A DNA stretch of 64,000 bases. Source: Phyllobates terribilis (taxonomy: Eukaryota). Under the pieces are notes generated by a model. The model searched no databases. It was given only the letters and a program-made list of their open reading frames with translations, and was not told the origin of the DNA. The DNA lies in NCBI RefSeq assembly GCF_046119375.1, contig NW_027362769.1:361336001-361400000 (forward strand), given 5' to 3'. Position numbers and translations under genes: made by a program. Shown piece after piece: positions 12,830 through 25,338 of the stretch; position 1 is the first letter of the stretch; every line of letters begins with the position of its first letter.

Positions 12830-12899
12830 GAGTGCACCAATGTTTTTTCCAAGGGAGGTGGTGAGGAGTTAGCAAGACACGCAGGAGTGCCATTTCTGG
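12830..12899 (+). CDS. NUBP2: NUBP2 exon 6
   Basis: gctag|GAG...CTGG|gtaaat; ECTNVFSKGGGEELARHAGVPFL. Confidence 0.95.
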
Positions 12900-13236
12900 G
12901 TAAATAAGAAAACTGAAAAATGCTAGTTTATATTTCATTCTGTTCTGCAGATACAGTTGTGCTCAAAAGTTTACATACCCCGGCAGAATTTTTTTCCTTT
13001 CTTGGCCTTGTTTCAGAGAATATGAATGATAACCAAAAAAGTTTCTCTACACTCATGGCTATTGGTTGGGTGAAGCCAATTATTGTCAAACTACTGTGTT
13101 TTCTCTTTTTAAATCATAATTACAACCAAAAACATCCAAATGACCCTGATAAAAAGTTCACATACCGTGGTGATTTTGGCCTGATAACATGCACAGAATT
13201 TGACACAAATGGGTTTGAATGGCTGCTAAAGGTAAC

Positions 13237-14597
13237 ATAGAATCATAGAATCATAGAATGGTAGAGTTGGAAGGGACCTCCTGGGTCATCTGGTCCAACC
13301 CCCTGCTCAAAGCAGGATTCACTAGATCATCTCAGACAGATGTCTGTCCAGCCTCTGTTTGAAGACGTCCATTGAAGGGGAACTCACCACCTCTCGTGGC
13401 AGCCTGTTCCACTCATTAATCACCCTAACTGTCAAAAAGTTTTTTCTAATATCTAATCTGTGTCTCCTCCCATTTAGTTTCATCCCATTGCTTCTAGTCT
13501 TTCCTTGTGCAAATGAGAATAAAGATGATCCTTCTACAATGTGACAGCCCTTGACATATTTGTAGACAGCTATTAAGTCTCCTCTCAGTCTTCTTTTTTG
13601 CAAGCTAAACATTCCCAAATCCTGCAACCGTTCCTCATAGGACATGGTTTGCAGACCAGTCACCATTCTGGTCGCTCTTCTCTGAACTTGCTCCAGTTTG
13701 TCTATGTTTTTTTTTTTTAAATGTGGTGCCCAAAACTGTACACAGTATTCCAGATGAGGTCTGACCAAAGAGGAGTAAAGACCGATAATGACTTCACGTG
13801 ATCTAGACTGTATGCTTCTATTAATACATCCCAGAATTGTATTTGCCTTTTTTGCTGCTGCATCACACTGTTGACTCATGTTCAGTCTATGATCTATTAG
13901 TATACCTAAGTCTTTTTCACATGTACTGTTGCTTAGCTCTATTCCTCCCATTCTGTATATGCTTTTTTCATTTTTATTGCCCAGATGTAGTACTTTGCAT
14001 TTTTCCCTGTTAAAAACCATTCTGTTGGTTGCTGCCCACTGCTCCAGTTTATTTAGGTCTTTTTGAATCCTCTCTCTCTCTTCTCTAGTATTAGCTATCC
14101 CTCCTAGCTTTGTGTCATCAGCAAATTTAATCAGTTTACCCTCAATTCCTTCATCTAAATCATTGATAAAAATGTTGAACAATACAGGTCCCAGGACGGA
14201 GCCCTGTGGTACCCCACTTGAGACATTCATCCAGCTGGATGTGAAGCCATTTACAACCACCCTTTGAGTCCGATCACTAAGCCAGTTTTGAATCCACCTA
14301 ACAGTTGCCTGGTCCATTGCATACTTGGTCATTTTTTCAATAAGGATGGTGTGAGATACTTTGTCAAATGCTTTGCTGAAGTCAAGATATACTATATCTA
14401 CAGCATTTCCCTGATCCACCCAGTCAGTGATTCTGTCATAGAAGGAAATTAAGTTAGTCTGACATGACTTGTTAGTTACAAACCCATGCTGACTCTGGTT
14501 AATCACTTCATTCTTATCCATGTACTTACATACATACATGTTGTTTAATAATTTGTTCAAAGATCTTTCCTGGTATAGAAGTCAGACTCACCGGCCT
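13237..14597 (-). mobile_element. CR1 LINE, 5'-truncated
   Basis: 3' tail of (ATTCTATG)n-type octamer repeats at 13237-13260; Tc1 sequence resumes on both sides (ggtaac | atcctcacctgtg). Confidence 0.93.
13322..14560 (-). CDS. CR1 ORF2 reverse transcriptase, partial
   Basis: YLDFSKAFDKV, SGVPQGSVLGPVLF, KFADD and RPHLEYCVQFW motifs; uninterrupted 412 aa. Confidence 0.9.
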   Translation of the reverse strand: MNKLLNNMYVCKYMDKNEVINQSQHGFVTNKSCQTNLISFYDRITDWVDQGNAVDIVYLDFSKAFDKVSHTILIEKMTKYAMDQATVRWIQNWLSDRTQRVVVNGFTSSWMNVSSGVPQGSVLGPVLFNIFINDLDEGIEGKLIKFADDTKLGGIANTREERERIQKDLNKLEQWAATNRMVFNREKCKVLHLGNKNEKSIYRMGGIELSNSTCEKDLGILIDHRLNMSQQCDAAAKKANTILGCINRSIQSRSREVIIGLYSSLVRPHLEYCVQFWAPHLKKKNIDKLEQVQRRATRMVTGLQTMSYEERLQDLGMFSLQKRRLRGDLIAVYKYVKGCHIVEGSSLFSFAQGKTRSNGMKLNGRRHRLDIRKNFLTVRVINEWNRLPREVVSSPSMDVFKQRLDRHLSEMI

Positions 14598-14718
14598 ATC
14601 CTCACCTGTGATCTATTTGCTTGTAATCAGTGTGTGTGCATAAAAGCTGAGTGAGTTTCTGGGATCCAGGAAGACTCTTGCATCTTTCATCCAGCCACTG
14701 ACGTTTCTGGATTGAGTC

Positions 14719-15741
14719 ATGGGGAAAGCAAAAGAATTATCAATGGATCTACGGGAAAAGGTAGTTAACCTGTATAACACTTGAAAGAGATGCAAAACAA
14801 ATATGCAAGGAATTGATAATGCCAGTCAGCAGCCTTCAAACTGTGATTAACAATTGGAAAATCAGGGGCTCTGTAAAAACCAAACCACGGTCAGGTAGAC
14901 CAACAAAAATTTTGGCCACAACTGCCAGGAAAATTGTTCGGGATGCAAAGAAAAACCCACAAATAACATCAGCTGAAATTCAGGACTCTGAAAACTAGCG
15001 GTGTGGCTGTTTTCAAGATGCACAATAAGGAGGCACTTGAAGAAAAATAGGCTGCATGGTCGAGTCACCAGGAGAAAGCCATTACTGCGCAAATGCCATA
15101 AAGTATCTTGCCTACAATATGCCAAACAGCACAGAGACAAGCCTCAAAACTTCTGGAACAAGGTAATTTGGAGTGATGAAACCAAAATTGAACTTTTTGG
15201 CCACAACCATAAACATTACATTTGGAGAGAGGTCAACAAGGCCTATGATGAAAGGAACACTATTCCTACAGTAAAGCATGGAGGTGGATCGCTGACGTTT
15301 TGGGGATGTGTGAGCTACAAAGGCACAGGAAACTTGGTAAAAGTTGAAGGAAAGATGAATGCAGCACGTTATCAGCAAATGCTGGAGGAAAATTTGCACT
15401 CATCAACCCGGAAGCTGCGTATGAGACGTACTTGGACTTTCCAACATGACAACGATCCAAAACACAAGGCCACGTCGACCTGCCATTGGCTACAGCAGAA
15501 CAAAGTGAAGGTTCTGGAGTGGCCATCTCAGTCTCCTGACCTCAATATCATTGAGCCACAATTGGGAGATCTCAAGCGCGCAGTTCATGCTAGACAGCCC
15601 AGGAATTTGCAGGAACTGGAGGCTTTTTGCCAAGAAGAATGGGCAGCATTACCATCTGAGAAAATAAAGAACCTCATCCACAACTACCACAAAAGACTTC
15701 AAGCTGTCATTGATGTTACAGGGGGCAATACATGGTATTAA
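14719..15741 (+). pseudogene. Tc1 transposase with stops and frameshifts
   Basis: ATG GGG AAA GCA AAA GAA start; PRSGRP, WSDETKIELF, QHDNDPKH and WPSQSPDLNIIE motifs. Confidence 0.9.
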
Positions 15742-16325
15742 GAACTGGGTATGTGAACTCTTGATCAGGGTCATTTGAATGTTTTTGGTTGTCATTAAGA
15801 TTTAACCACTTTACAGCCTGTGCCGTATTTGTACGCACAGGCTGTAACCCCACGGTTCAGTGAGGGCTCCGGCGCTGAGCCCGCACTGAATCGGGCACAT
15901 GTCAGCTGATTATTACAGCTGACATGTGCCTGCAACAGCTGCAGGTGCAATCGCGATCCACCCGCGGCTGTTAACATGTTAAATGCCGCTGTCAGTCTCT
16001 GACAGCGGCATTATACATCGCCGTGCCGGAAGCGGGTCACTTACCTCACCCATCGGTGACCCCCGTCACGTGATCGCGGGTCATCGATGGGTGGGCATGA
16101 CAACCCTGGGTCTGCAGCAGACTCCAGTGGTTGTCATGAGCTGGTCGCTATGAGCGCCACCTAGTGGTCGGCGCTCATAGCACAGGACCATTTCTGCTAC
16201 ATACTGGTGATCTGCTGATCACCTGTATGTAGCAGAGGTGATCAGACAAGTGCTGCTTCTAGTCTCCGTAGGAGACTATAGAAGCAAGCAAAAAGTAAAA
16301 AAAAAAAATGTTTTTAAAAATTATA

Positions 16326-16328
<3 letters not shown>

Positions 16329-16400
<72 letters not shown>
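16329..16400. repeat. (TA)n microsatellite
   Basis: Pure AT dinucleotide run of about 72 bp. Confidence 0.97.
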
Positions 16401-16406
<6 letters not shown>

Positions 16407-17034
16407 AAAAGTTTAAATCACCCCCCTTTCGCCCCATTCAAAATAAAATAATAATAAAAAAAAGAACCACATGCACATATTTGGTATCACCGCGTTCAGA
16501 ATTGCCCGATCGGTAAACGGCGTAACGAGAAAAAAATTCTAAACTCCAGAATTATGTTTTTTGGTCGCCGCAACATTGCAATAAAATGCAATAACGGGCG
16601 ATCAAAACATTGGATCTACCCCAAAATAGTATCAGTGAAAACGTCAGCTCGGTGCGCAAAAAATATTAATTATTCCTACCGTTAATTACGTTTCCAGGAG
16701 TCCATCATAACGGCACGACAGGAATTAAGTCCTCTGTTCCTCTAGGGACAGGAAACACATGAGAGGTTAAAAGCCCCCCCTCCCCCGCCCCACCCTCATC
16801 ACACCCTCAGTGTTTGTACTAATCATGAACCAGGATGGATGCAACTCTATTTTATTATATACATATACTGTACCAATGTTACATTCACATTAGTGTCAAG
16901 AGCAGGGGAGGGAAATATGATGCCGTTATGATGGACTCCTGGAAACTTAATTAAAGGTAGGAATAATTCCTATTTTACCAGTACGTCCATCATAACGGCA
17001 CGAAAGGAGACATAACAAATCAAAATTGGAACGT

Positions 17035-18070
17035 TTAGGGCGGGACTACTGCCTGAAGGACTTTACAGCCATAGGCTAATTGTTGACTGAACAATACATC
17101 TAATTTATAATGTTTACTAAATGTGGATATATTAGACCAGGTTGCCGCCTGGCAAATTTGGCCTACTGATGCTCCCGCTTTCTCCTCCCAAGAAGCGGAG
17201 ATTGCTCGAGTGGAATGAGCTTTAAGGGAAATTGGTGGATCCTTCCCCTCTAATTCATATGCGAGGGTGATAGTCCTTGTCAACCACCTTGCTAGAGTCG
17301 GCTTAGAAGCTTTCTTGCCCTTATTTACACCCGAGAATTGCCGGAACAGTTTTGAGTCTCTCCTCCAGGGGGCTGTGACTTCTATATACCGAATAACTGC
17401 CCACCTGACATCCAAGGTATTGAAGGATTTTTCCTTTTCATTTTTGGGAAACTGGCAGAAAGATGGCAGTATTATTTCTTGATTCAGGTTAGTACTGGAC
17501 ACCACTTTAGGATGAAAGGATGGATCCAGTTTAAGAACCAATCTGTCCTCTAGGATCTTAAGGTATGGGTCCAGAACTGAGAGAGCCTGGATCTCACCTA
17601 CCCGCTTCGCTGTAGTAACTGCCACAAGAAAGGCTGATTTCATAGAAAGCCGGTCTACTGATGTGTCTTCCAGGGGTTCAAAGGAAGACTTACATAAAGC
17701 TCTCAACACAAGGTTCAGATCCCACGGCGGTACCAGACTCCTTTATCGTAGGTCTTAAACGAGAAGTTGCTTTTATGAACCTTGATATCCATGGGTGGTC
17801 TATCAAGGAGTAGTCCAAGAAAGTACTTAGAGCCGAGATATGAACCTTTAACGTATTTGGTCTCAGACCCTTATCAAACCCCTGTTGGAGGAAATCCAGA
17901 ATCTTTGGAATATTGGGGCGAGAAAAATTTCCCACAGACTCACCTGCAAAGCTACAGAACTGTCTCCAGATTCTAGAATAGATGGCTGACGTTACTGGTT
18001 TCCTACAAGCTTGGAGAGTTGTAATCACTCGATGAGAAAGGCCCTTAGAGGCTAGGATCCGCCTCTCGGG
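17035..18070 (-). pseudogene. DIRS tyrosine recombinase, frameshifted near 17710
   Basis: VTTAKRVGEIQAL (catalytic R), KAHSTRA (HxxR) and AATWS..TFSKHY (catalytic Y); N-terminal part lies at the end of ORF 17690-19201. Confidence 0.88.
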
Positions 18071-19215
18071 TTCCATGCTGTCAGCTGGAGGAATTGGATG
18101 TTCGGATGTAAGGGACCCTGCGATAGAAGATGTTTCCTGGCTGGGAGTCTGAATGGGAGATCCACCGACATCCGGTGTAGCAGAGGAAACCAGCTCTTTT
18201 TGGGCCAGTAAGGCGCTATCAGAATAAGAGCTCCCCTCTCCTGTTGGATTTTCCTTAGTACTCTTGAGATGAGAGGGACTGGAGGAAAGGCGTACACCAG
18301 TTTTGTTCCCCATGATTGAGAAAGGGCATCTATTCCTTCTGGGCTGTCGGCCGGGTCCAAGGAGAAAAAGCGCTGAAGCTTCCTGTTTTTTCTGGTCGCA
18401 AACAGGTCTATGGACGGGGTGCCCCATCGTTGAATGATTTGATGAAAAACATCTGGATTTAGTTCCCAATCTGAGGGACCAGCTCTTGCTCTGCTGAGAA
18501 AATTTGCTACCATGTTTTCGGACCCCATTAGATGAATAGCCGATATTGAAAGAACATTTCTCTCCTCCCAGTGGAAAATTCTTGCCGCCAAGGATTGTAA
18601 CCATTTTCCTCTTGGACCTCCTTGTCAACGAAGAAAAGAGATGGTGGTGCCGTTGTCTGAGAAAACTTTTACGTGATTTCCTCTGAGCAAATGTTGACAT
18701 CTTTGAAGAGTTTCCCAGACTCCCATTAGCTCTAGAGCGAACCTTAGATATTGCTGGTGACTTGGGTGAATTGGAACATGGTAATATGCATCCTTGAGGT
18801 CTAGGGTGCACATTACCGATCCCTTCTCGATCAATGGAATGCTGGTTTTTATAGTCTCCATTTTGAACCTTTTGTATTCCACCCACTGGTTTAGGGGCTT
18901 GAGGTTTATAACCGTACGGCGTTTGCCTGAGAGTTTTAACACCGAGAAGAGGGAGGAATAATGGCCTAAACCCTGCTCTGAAGGGGGAACGTTTTTTACC
19001 ACATGTAGGGATTGAAGGACTAATATATCCTGCCATAAACTTCTGAGATCTACAGGGGAGCGAGGACGAGTGATTTGGAAACGACGAGGGAAAGTATGGG
19101 AAAAGTCCATTTTGTAACCTTCCCCTAAGGAACGCAGGATCCATTGATTTTTTTGTAATGGACGTCCACTTGTCCCGAAAGAAACAAAACCTGCCCCCCA
19201 CTCCAATGGCGTCAT
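18052..19215 (-). pseudogene. DIRS pol (RT, RNase H and methyltransferase-like domains) with a large deletion
   Basis: LDLKDAYYHVP (RT motif A), VFSDN, NMVANFLSR and DLFA...YAFPP are present; the PFGL and YLDD motifs are absent. Confidence 0.88.
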
Positions 19216-20528
19216 GGTCTAGCTGGGGCCCCAGAGGAGACCTGATCTGCTCTGTCCTTTCCTACCTTCCTGTAAGACCATCTCCCTGTCTTACCCTTAC
19301 CCCTGTAATCACGTTTCGGGGAGCGACGGGTTCCACGAAAGGGCCGGTATCTCTTAACCATATCCTCGGGAAACCCTTTTTTCTTGTCGGACGCTCTCTC
19401 TAGGATCTCTTCCAACACTGGACCAAAGACCCCGGTACCCGAAAAAGGAATTGAGCACAGCTTATTTTTTGAGTAGGTATCACCCAACCATGTTTTTAGC
19501 CATATTGCTCGTCTAGCGGTATTAGTACACTACATCTAGCTGCGAATCTGACCGATTCGGCCGAGGCATCCGCCATGAATTGCGTCGTCAGCTTTAACAA
19601 AGAAAGAGAGTCTGATAGCATTTCTACAGGGGAGTCGGACCTAATTTGTTCTGACAGCTCGTCCAACCAAAGGCACGTGGATCTTGCCACTGAAGTGGCA
19701 GCGATATTAGATTTAATTATGGCTGCTGAGTCTTCGCAACTCCTCTTGAGCATGCTCTCCGCCTTCCTATCCATTGCGTCTTTGAGGCAAGACAAATCTT
19801 CAAAGGGGATGGACGTTCTCTTAGCCACTTTCGCTATTGGGACATCAAACTTTGGGAGGAAATCCCTAAGGTAGATGTCCTCCGGACTGAAAGGAAGACA
19901 GGATTTAAAGTCTCTTGGCACAATGAGTCTTTTCTCCACTTCTTCCCATTCCTCCATAATCATTGCTTTCAAATGCTCATTTACTGGGAACACTCTATAT
20001 CTCTGAGTCCTCAGATCTGCGAACATTTCATCTTGTCTGGAGTGGGAGACCTGAGTGTCCTCCAAGTTCATAGTATGCCTAACGGATTTCAATAGCTCAT
20101 CCGTATGTTCTGCAGAGAAGATATATATTTTTTCTCTCTTGTGAGGGTAACTGAGAGACGCGATCCTCGTCCTCTTCCCGACTGTGCTCTGATGCGGAGT
20201 CTAAATATTCTCCTTCCTCAAACAACTCTTCCATCTCCCACCTGGGTCTTTTCTGGCGAGGAGAGGGTTGAACTATTTGGGGTGACGGCTGTGTATGGGA
20301 AGGTATAAGGCTTGAGACTGTGTGTTCTGGACCTCCTCACTGATCATAGATCTCATATCCGTCAAAAAGGAAGCTTTTTCTTCCTTTTAAAACCTCAGCT
20401 ATACATTCTTTACACAGCCGCTTTTTATATGAGTCCTGAAGCTTAGTGTTACAGGATACACATCTTGATTTTTTGGAGGATGATCCGGACCTCTGGGCTC
20501 CCCTATCCTTATCCAGAAAAAAGGACAC
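19212..20528 (-). pseudogene. DIRS gag-like ORF1, fragmented
   Basis: Cys-rich CVSC...CKEC N-terminus and LKDAMDRKAESMLKR...LFG-type segments upstream of pol. Confidence 0.75.
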
Positions 20529-22092
20529 CGGAGATTTGTTAATAAAAGACCTGTCCTTGATTACAGGGTTCAGTTATCCAGGCAAGGTCCTAAGACTGTA
20601 CTCACACTGCCCAGGGACTCTGAAGGGGCTTCTGGCCGTGTAGGATTGGATTCCAAGGTGTCAGAGTGTGTGTGCCTGAGGTGTACCCTTTTATAGGGTC
20701 TTACCTGATCCAGGTGAGTAGGCCACGCCCCCAACGACAACCGCTGCTTCTGCCGGGATGCTTGCTAAGTTCTGTCGCCATTCAGAACGTGCCCTGAAGG
20801 CTCATCACAGCCTCCGGGCACCTGTGCGGTCAGGCCGCCGGAAGTCCCGCCTCCCGGCGTCATCGCTCCGGAATGACAGGCCCACGTGGCGTGCGTTCCA
20901 CCCTGGAACGGACGCCGGCCCAAAGCGGATGTCTGCTTACCTTACTCCGCCCCACGGTGTCTCCCGGTCGGAAGTCTAGGCCCAAGTATACAGCGCTCCT
21001 CCCTGGAGCGCACGCAGCCTCCGGCCCTTCAGGACAACGCTGGTGGGCAGCGAAACGCTCAGAGCCCCCTGTCCGGGGGATACAGTGGCATAATGGCGGT
21101 TTCTGGCTGAGGGACCCCCGCTCAGTGGGGTATCAGCATGGAGCCTCTGGACCGAAGGAAGGGGAGAGTTCAGACCCCCCCCCCCCCCCCAATCCCCCTG
21201 GCTCTCAGGTATCTTTAAGCTTTAGAGAGAACCTCTCCCTAGCGTCCTGTCCTGCTAGGGACAGGAAAAACACTGAGGGTGTGATGGGGGGAGGGGGACT
21301 TTTAACCTCTCATGTGTTTCTTGTCCCTAGAGGAACAGAGGACTATGGGTCTTGGAAAATGGAGCCTTTTTTTTTTTTACCAAACTTTGGAATTTTTTTT
21401 CACCACTTAAATAAAAAAGAACCTATACATGTTTGGTATCTACGAACTCGTAATGACCTGGAGAATAATAATGACAGGTCAGTTTTAGCATTCATTGAAC
21501 GTGATAAAAAAAAAAAAAATCTGTGGTATTGCACTTTTTTTGCAATGTCACCGCACTTGGAATTTTTTTCCCTTTTTCCCGTACACGATATGGTAAAACT
21601 AGTAATGGCGTGGAAAAGTACAACTCGTCCCTCAAAAATTAAGCCCTCACACGGCCATATTGACCAAAAAATAAAAACGCTATGGCTCTGGGAACAAGGG
21701 GAGCAAAAGACGAAAATGCAAAAACGGAAAATCCCAGGGTTGCGAAGGGGTTAAAAAGAGAAAATACAGTAGTTTGACAATAAATGGCTTCACCCAATCA
21801 ATAACCATGAGTGGAGAAAAAGTATTTTTGTTATCATTCATATTCTCTGAAACAAGGCCAAGAAAGTAAAAATTCTGCCAGGGTGTGTAAACTTTTGAGC
21901 ACAACTGTAGATAGAGGGAATCTTTCACCTGTTTTTTGACACCTAAAGTGAGGGCGCATAATGTTTGGGCTAGAGACACTGATTCTAGTAGTGTGCCACT
22001 TAGTGGGCTACTTGCTGTAATTTTGATAAAATCACGGTGTTGCTCATTTTACAAGAAATCAGTTCTAACAATACATCTTCTCTCCTTTGCAG

Positions 22093-22235
22093 GGTGTGTC
22101 CCGCTTGATCCCATTCTGACCCAAAGTCTAGAAGAGGGGAAAGACTTTATTCGGGAGTTCCCCAAGAGTGCAGTGTACGCCTCCATCACAAGCATTGCTC
22201 AGCAGATCCTGGACAGTGTTACACAGGGGTCCTGA
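22093..22235 (+). CDS. NUBP2: NUBP2 exon 7 (last coding exon)
   Basis: ttgcag|GG TGT GTC CCG CTT GAT...TGA; GCVPLDPILTQSLEEGKDFIREFPKSAVYASITSIAQQILDSVTQGS*. The seven exons sum to 813 nt (270 aa plus stop). Confidence 0.96.
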
Positions 22236-23991
22236 CCATGAGGATTTCTGAGATCTGAGGACTTGTCATGTATATTGTCATACTTCAGTCCTGATGTCCT
22301 GACACTGCTGGTGGGAATGACGCTGTCTTCAGTGCAGGATCTTGTCACATAGGAAGTTGTCAGCCTGGCATTAGATTAATCTCCTGCAAACATGCATTGA
22401 CTGTTTATATTGTACAGAATCAGTTGTGATTTTGCTGGAGTAATGTGATCTTCTTTGTTGCCTTTATTATATTAAACCCTTCCGAGCCTGCATCACACAT
22501 GTTATATGTCTTTTATACAGCAAACATCTGCTGTTAAGAGCAAATATCTGGGCTAACTTATTTTGCTGCTGTTTAACCACTTTAAATGCCACTGTTAGAA
22601 ACTGACAATGGCATCAAAGGGGTTGTCCAGTATTTGAAAAACTTTCTTAAATTCTGTGGAGCGTGTATTCATTTTTATTTTACTCAGAAGGCTACAGCAT
22701 TTACAAAGTAGTTGTTCAAGTGGCGAACAACTCCTTTAAGTGGTTCTATCTGGGATAAAGGGGGAGTGTTATAAGGCCTAATGTAGCCATCTTCTTGGTA
22801 CTCACATACTGTTATAAGTACTGTAGTACAAGAGATTAACCCCTTTCTGACGTGTGACCTAATAGTACGTCATGGTGACCTGGGCCGATTGGACCAATGA
22901 CTTACTATTAGGTCATATGGCGATCGCGCCCGCACACAAGGCGATTGCCGCTGGGTGTCAGCTGATGGTCACAGCTGACACCCGGTACTATGTGCAGGGA
23001 GCGGTCCTGCACCGCTCCCTGCACATTAACCCTCTCAATGCTGCGATCGAAGTCGATCGCATGATTGCGGGGGCAAGGGGAGTTGATCGCAATACTCACC
23101 TCCTCCCCCGGCCTCCAGCGCTGTCTGCCGCGGCTTCCCGGATGTTGCCTTGACGACCCATAAAACTGTCCCACTAGTTAACCCCGTTAATGAACATGGT
23201 AAAAAAATAAAGCAAAAAACAATGCTTTATCATCATACCGCCAAACCAAAATGGAATAACACCCGATCAAAAAGATGAAATATAAATAAAAATGTTACCG
23301 CTGAAACGTCATCTTGTCCCGCAAAAAACAAGCCACCATACAGCTCCATCAGCCAAAAGATAAAGTTATAGATCTCAGAATAAAGCGATGCAAAAAATAT
23401 TTCTTCTATAAAATATCTTTTATTGTGTAAAAGTGCCAAAACAAAGAAAAACAATATAAATGTGGTTCAACTGTAAACATACTGACCCGAAAAATAAAGC
23501 TGCCTTATCAATTTTACCACACGCGGAGCAGAATAATAAAAAAAACAAAAACATAAAAACAGTTCCGGAATAGCTGGTTTTTGTTCTGCCTCCCAAAAAT
23601 CAGAATAGAAAGCGATCAAAAAATGTCACGTGCCTGAAAATGGTACCAATAAAGAAGTCAACTTATCCCGCAAAAAAACAAGCCGTCACATGACTCGGCC
23701 AAAATATTGAAATATTATAGCTCTCAAAATATGGCGATTCAAAAGCTAGATTTTACAAAAAAATGTCTTATTGTGTGACAACTGTCAATCATAAAAACCT
23801 GATATGATTCTGGTATCGCTGTAATTGCACCGACCCGAAGAATAAAGTAGTCTAATCACTTAAACCACATGAGGAATGGCATAAAAAATAAACTCTAGGG
23901 TTAGGGTTGTGCTAGAGTTAGGGTTAGAATTGTGATTTTTTTTTTTTTCAAAAGTGAAAAAAAAAAAAAAAAAAAATGACGATATGGCAAC

Positions 23992-24282
23992 TAGTGTTGA
24001 GTGCAAGTGCTCGCTACTTGAGTTTGCATCGGGTGCTCAGGTATGCACGGAGTATCGCGGGTGCTTGAGTGACATGCTCGAGTCTCCGCCCCATATGCTT
24101 TGTGGCCAAGAAAACCTTGTGGGGATTGCCTGCCATGCACGAGCGATCCCCACATGTTTTTTTTTTGGGGGGGGTATCTAATAACTGTGAAACGTGAGCG
24201 GGGACTCGAGCACCCGCGATACTTGATGCATACCCGAGTACCCGATGCAAACTCAAGTAGCGAGCACTTGCGCTCAAGACTA
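23992..24282. mobile_element. Palindromic hAT-like MITE
   Basis: tagtgttgagtgcaagtgctcgctac ... gtagcgagcacttgcgctcaagacta; long TIRs. Confidence 0.8.
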
Positions 24283-25300
24283 ATAACATTAGGTCATCAT
24301 ATTGAATAAGTTATCAAATTCTGTGTCGTACCTCCTGGGTTCAAAATGTTCACTCTACCCCTTGATAAAATCCTTGAGGGGTGTAGTTTCCAAAATGGGG
24401 TCACTTGTGGGGGGTTTCCACTATTTAGGCACATCAGGGGCTCTTCAAACGTGACATGGCGTCCGCTCTCAATTCCAACCAATTTTGCGTTCAAAAAGTC
24501 ACACAGTGCTCCTTCCCTTCTGAACCCTGCCTTGTGCCCAAACACTGTATTTTCCCCACATATGGGGTATTGGTGTACTCAGACCCCAAAAATTGTTGTG
24601 CAATTTCTACTATCTTCTCCACTTACCCTTGTGAAAATAAAAAAATTGGGGCTAAAACTTCATTTTTGAGGAAATAGAATTTTATTTTCAAGGTTCCATG
24701 TCATAAACTTCTGTAAAGCACCTGGGGGTTAAGGGTGCTCACCACACATCTAGATAAGTTCCCTGAGGGGTGTAGTTTCCAAAATAATGTGTCCCTTGTG
24801 GGGTTTTTCCACTGTTTAGGCACATCAGGGGCTCTCCAAACGCAACATGGCATCCGCTAATTATACAAGCAAATTTTACATTCAAAAAGTAAAATGGTGC
24901 TCCTTCTCTACTTTATTAACTATTTTATAAAACCTACACGCACCAATTGGAGTCATACGCTTTAGTAAAATCACAATAGCTTTATTAGATATACACAATA
25001 CAAAAAATGATTAAAATCATAAATAGAGGTGTAATTGGAGAGACTCAGTATGTAGTCTCTGCAAGGTAAGGGATACCACATATAATGTAGTGAATCAGTT
25101 AGTCATAATCATCATTTCATATACTGTGTATATATATGTAAGTTGTTAATACAACCCCACAAACAAATATTAGTCCCTGCCATCAGCATAGGTAATAGGT
25201 GAAGGGCCATATAACTGTGCAACTACATGCTTATTTTCAATATAAGTTATATTAAAAAGACTCACCCATTCTGTTTGTGGTACTCCCACCTAGGAGACAC

Positions 25301-25338
25301 CCTTGGACGCGCGTTTCGCGTTAGTTTTTTCAGCAAGG
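25301..25338 (-). ncRNA. Type I hammerhead ribozyme motif, variant core
   Basis: Minus strand reads CCTTG CTGAAAA AACTAACGC GAAA CGCGCG TC CAAGG: helix I CCTTG/CAAGG, palindromic helix III and a GUC cleavage triplet. The core is CUGAAAA rather than CUGAnGA. Confidence 0.65.

Larger units (their letters stand above)
16668..21343 (-). mobile_element. DIRS1-like tyrosine-recombinase retrotransposon with an internal deletion
   Basis: Inverted terminal repeats (about 16728-16816 versus 21260-21343); internal complementary region at about 16920-17008 matching the terminus; gag, RT/RNaseH/MT-like and YR ORFs on the minus strand. Confidence 0.93.
15806..21750. mobile_element. TTAA-targeting piggyBac-like non-autonomous element (host of DIRS)
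   Basis: TTAA|ccacttt ... gaagggg|TTAA; the TTAA duplication interrupts the Tc1 right TIR exactly. Confidence 0.85.
12954..21907 (+). mobile_element. Tc1-like transposon with long (about 210 bp) TIRs, inflated to 9 kb by nested insertions
   Basis: TA|cagttgtgctcaaaag ... cttttgagcacaactg|TA. The right TIR is split at gatTTAAaaag: the first part is at about 15748-15805 and the rest at 21751-21907. Confidence 0.93.

Noticed and set aside
20873-21754. 293-aa plus-strand ORF
   Set aside because: Antisense to the DIRS 5' region and runs across the DIRS/MITE junction.
22471-22476. ATTAAA as the NUBP2 polyadenylation signal
   Set aside because: Plausible but unsupported without 3'-end data; no canonical AATAAA nearby.
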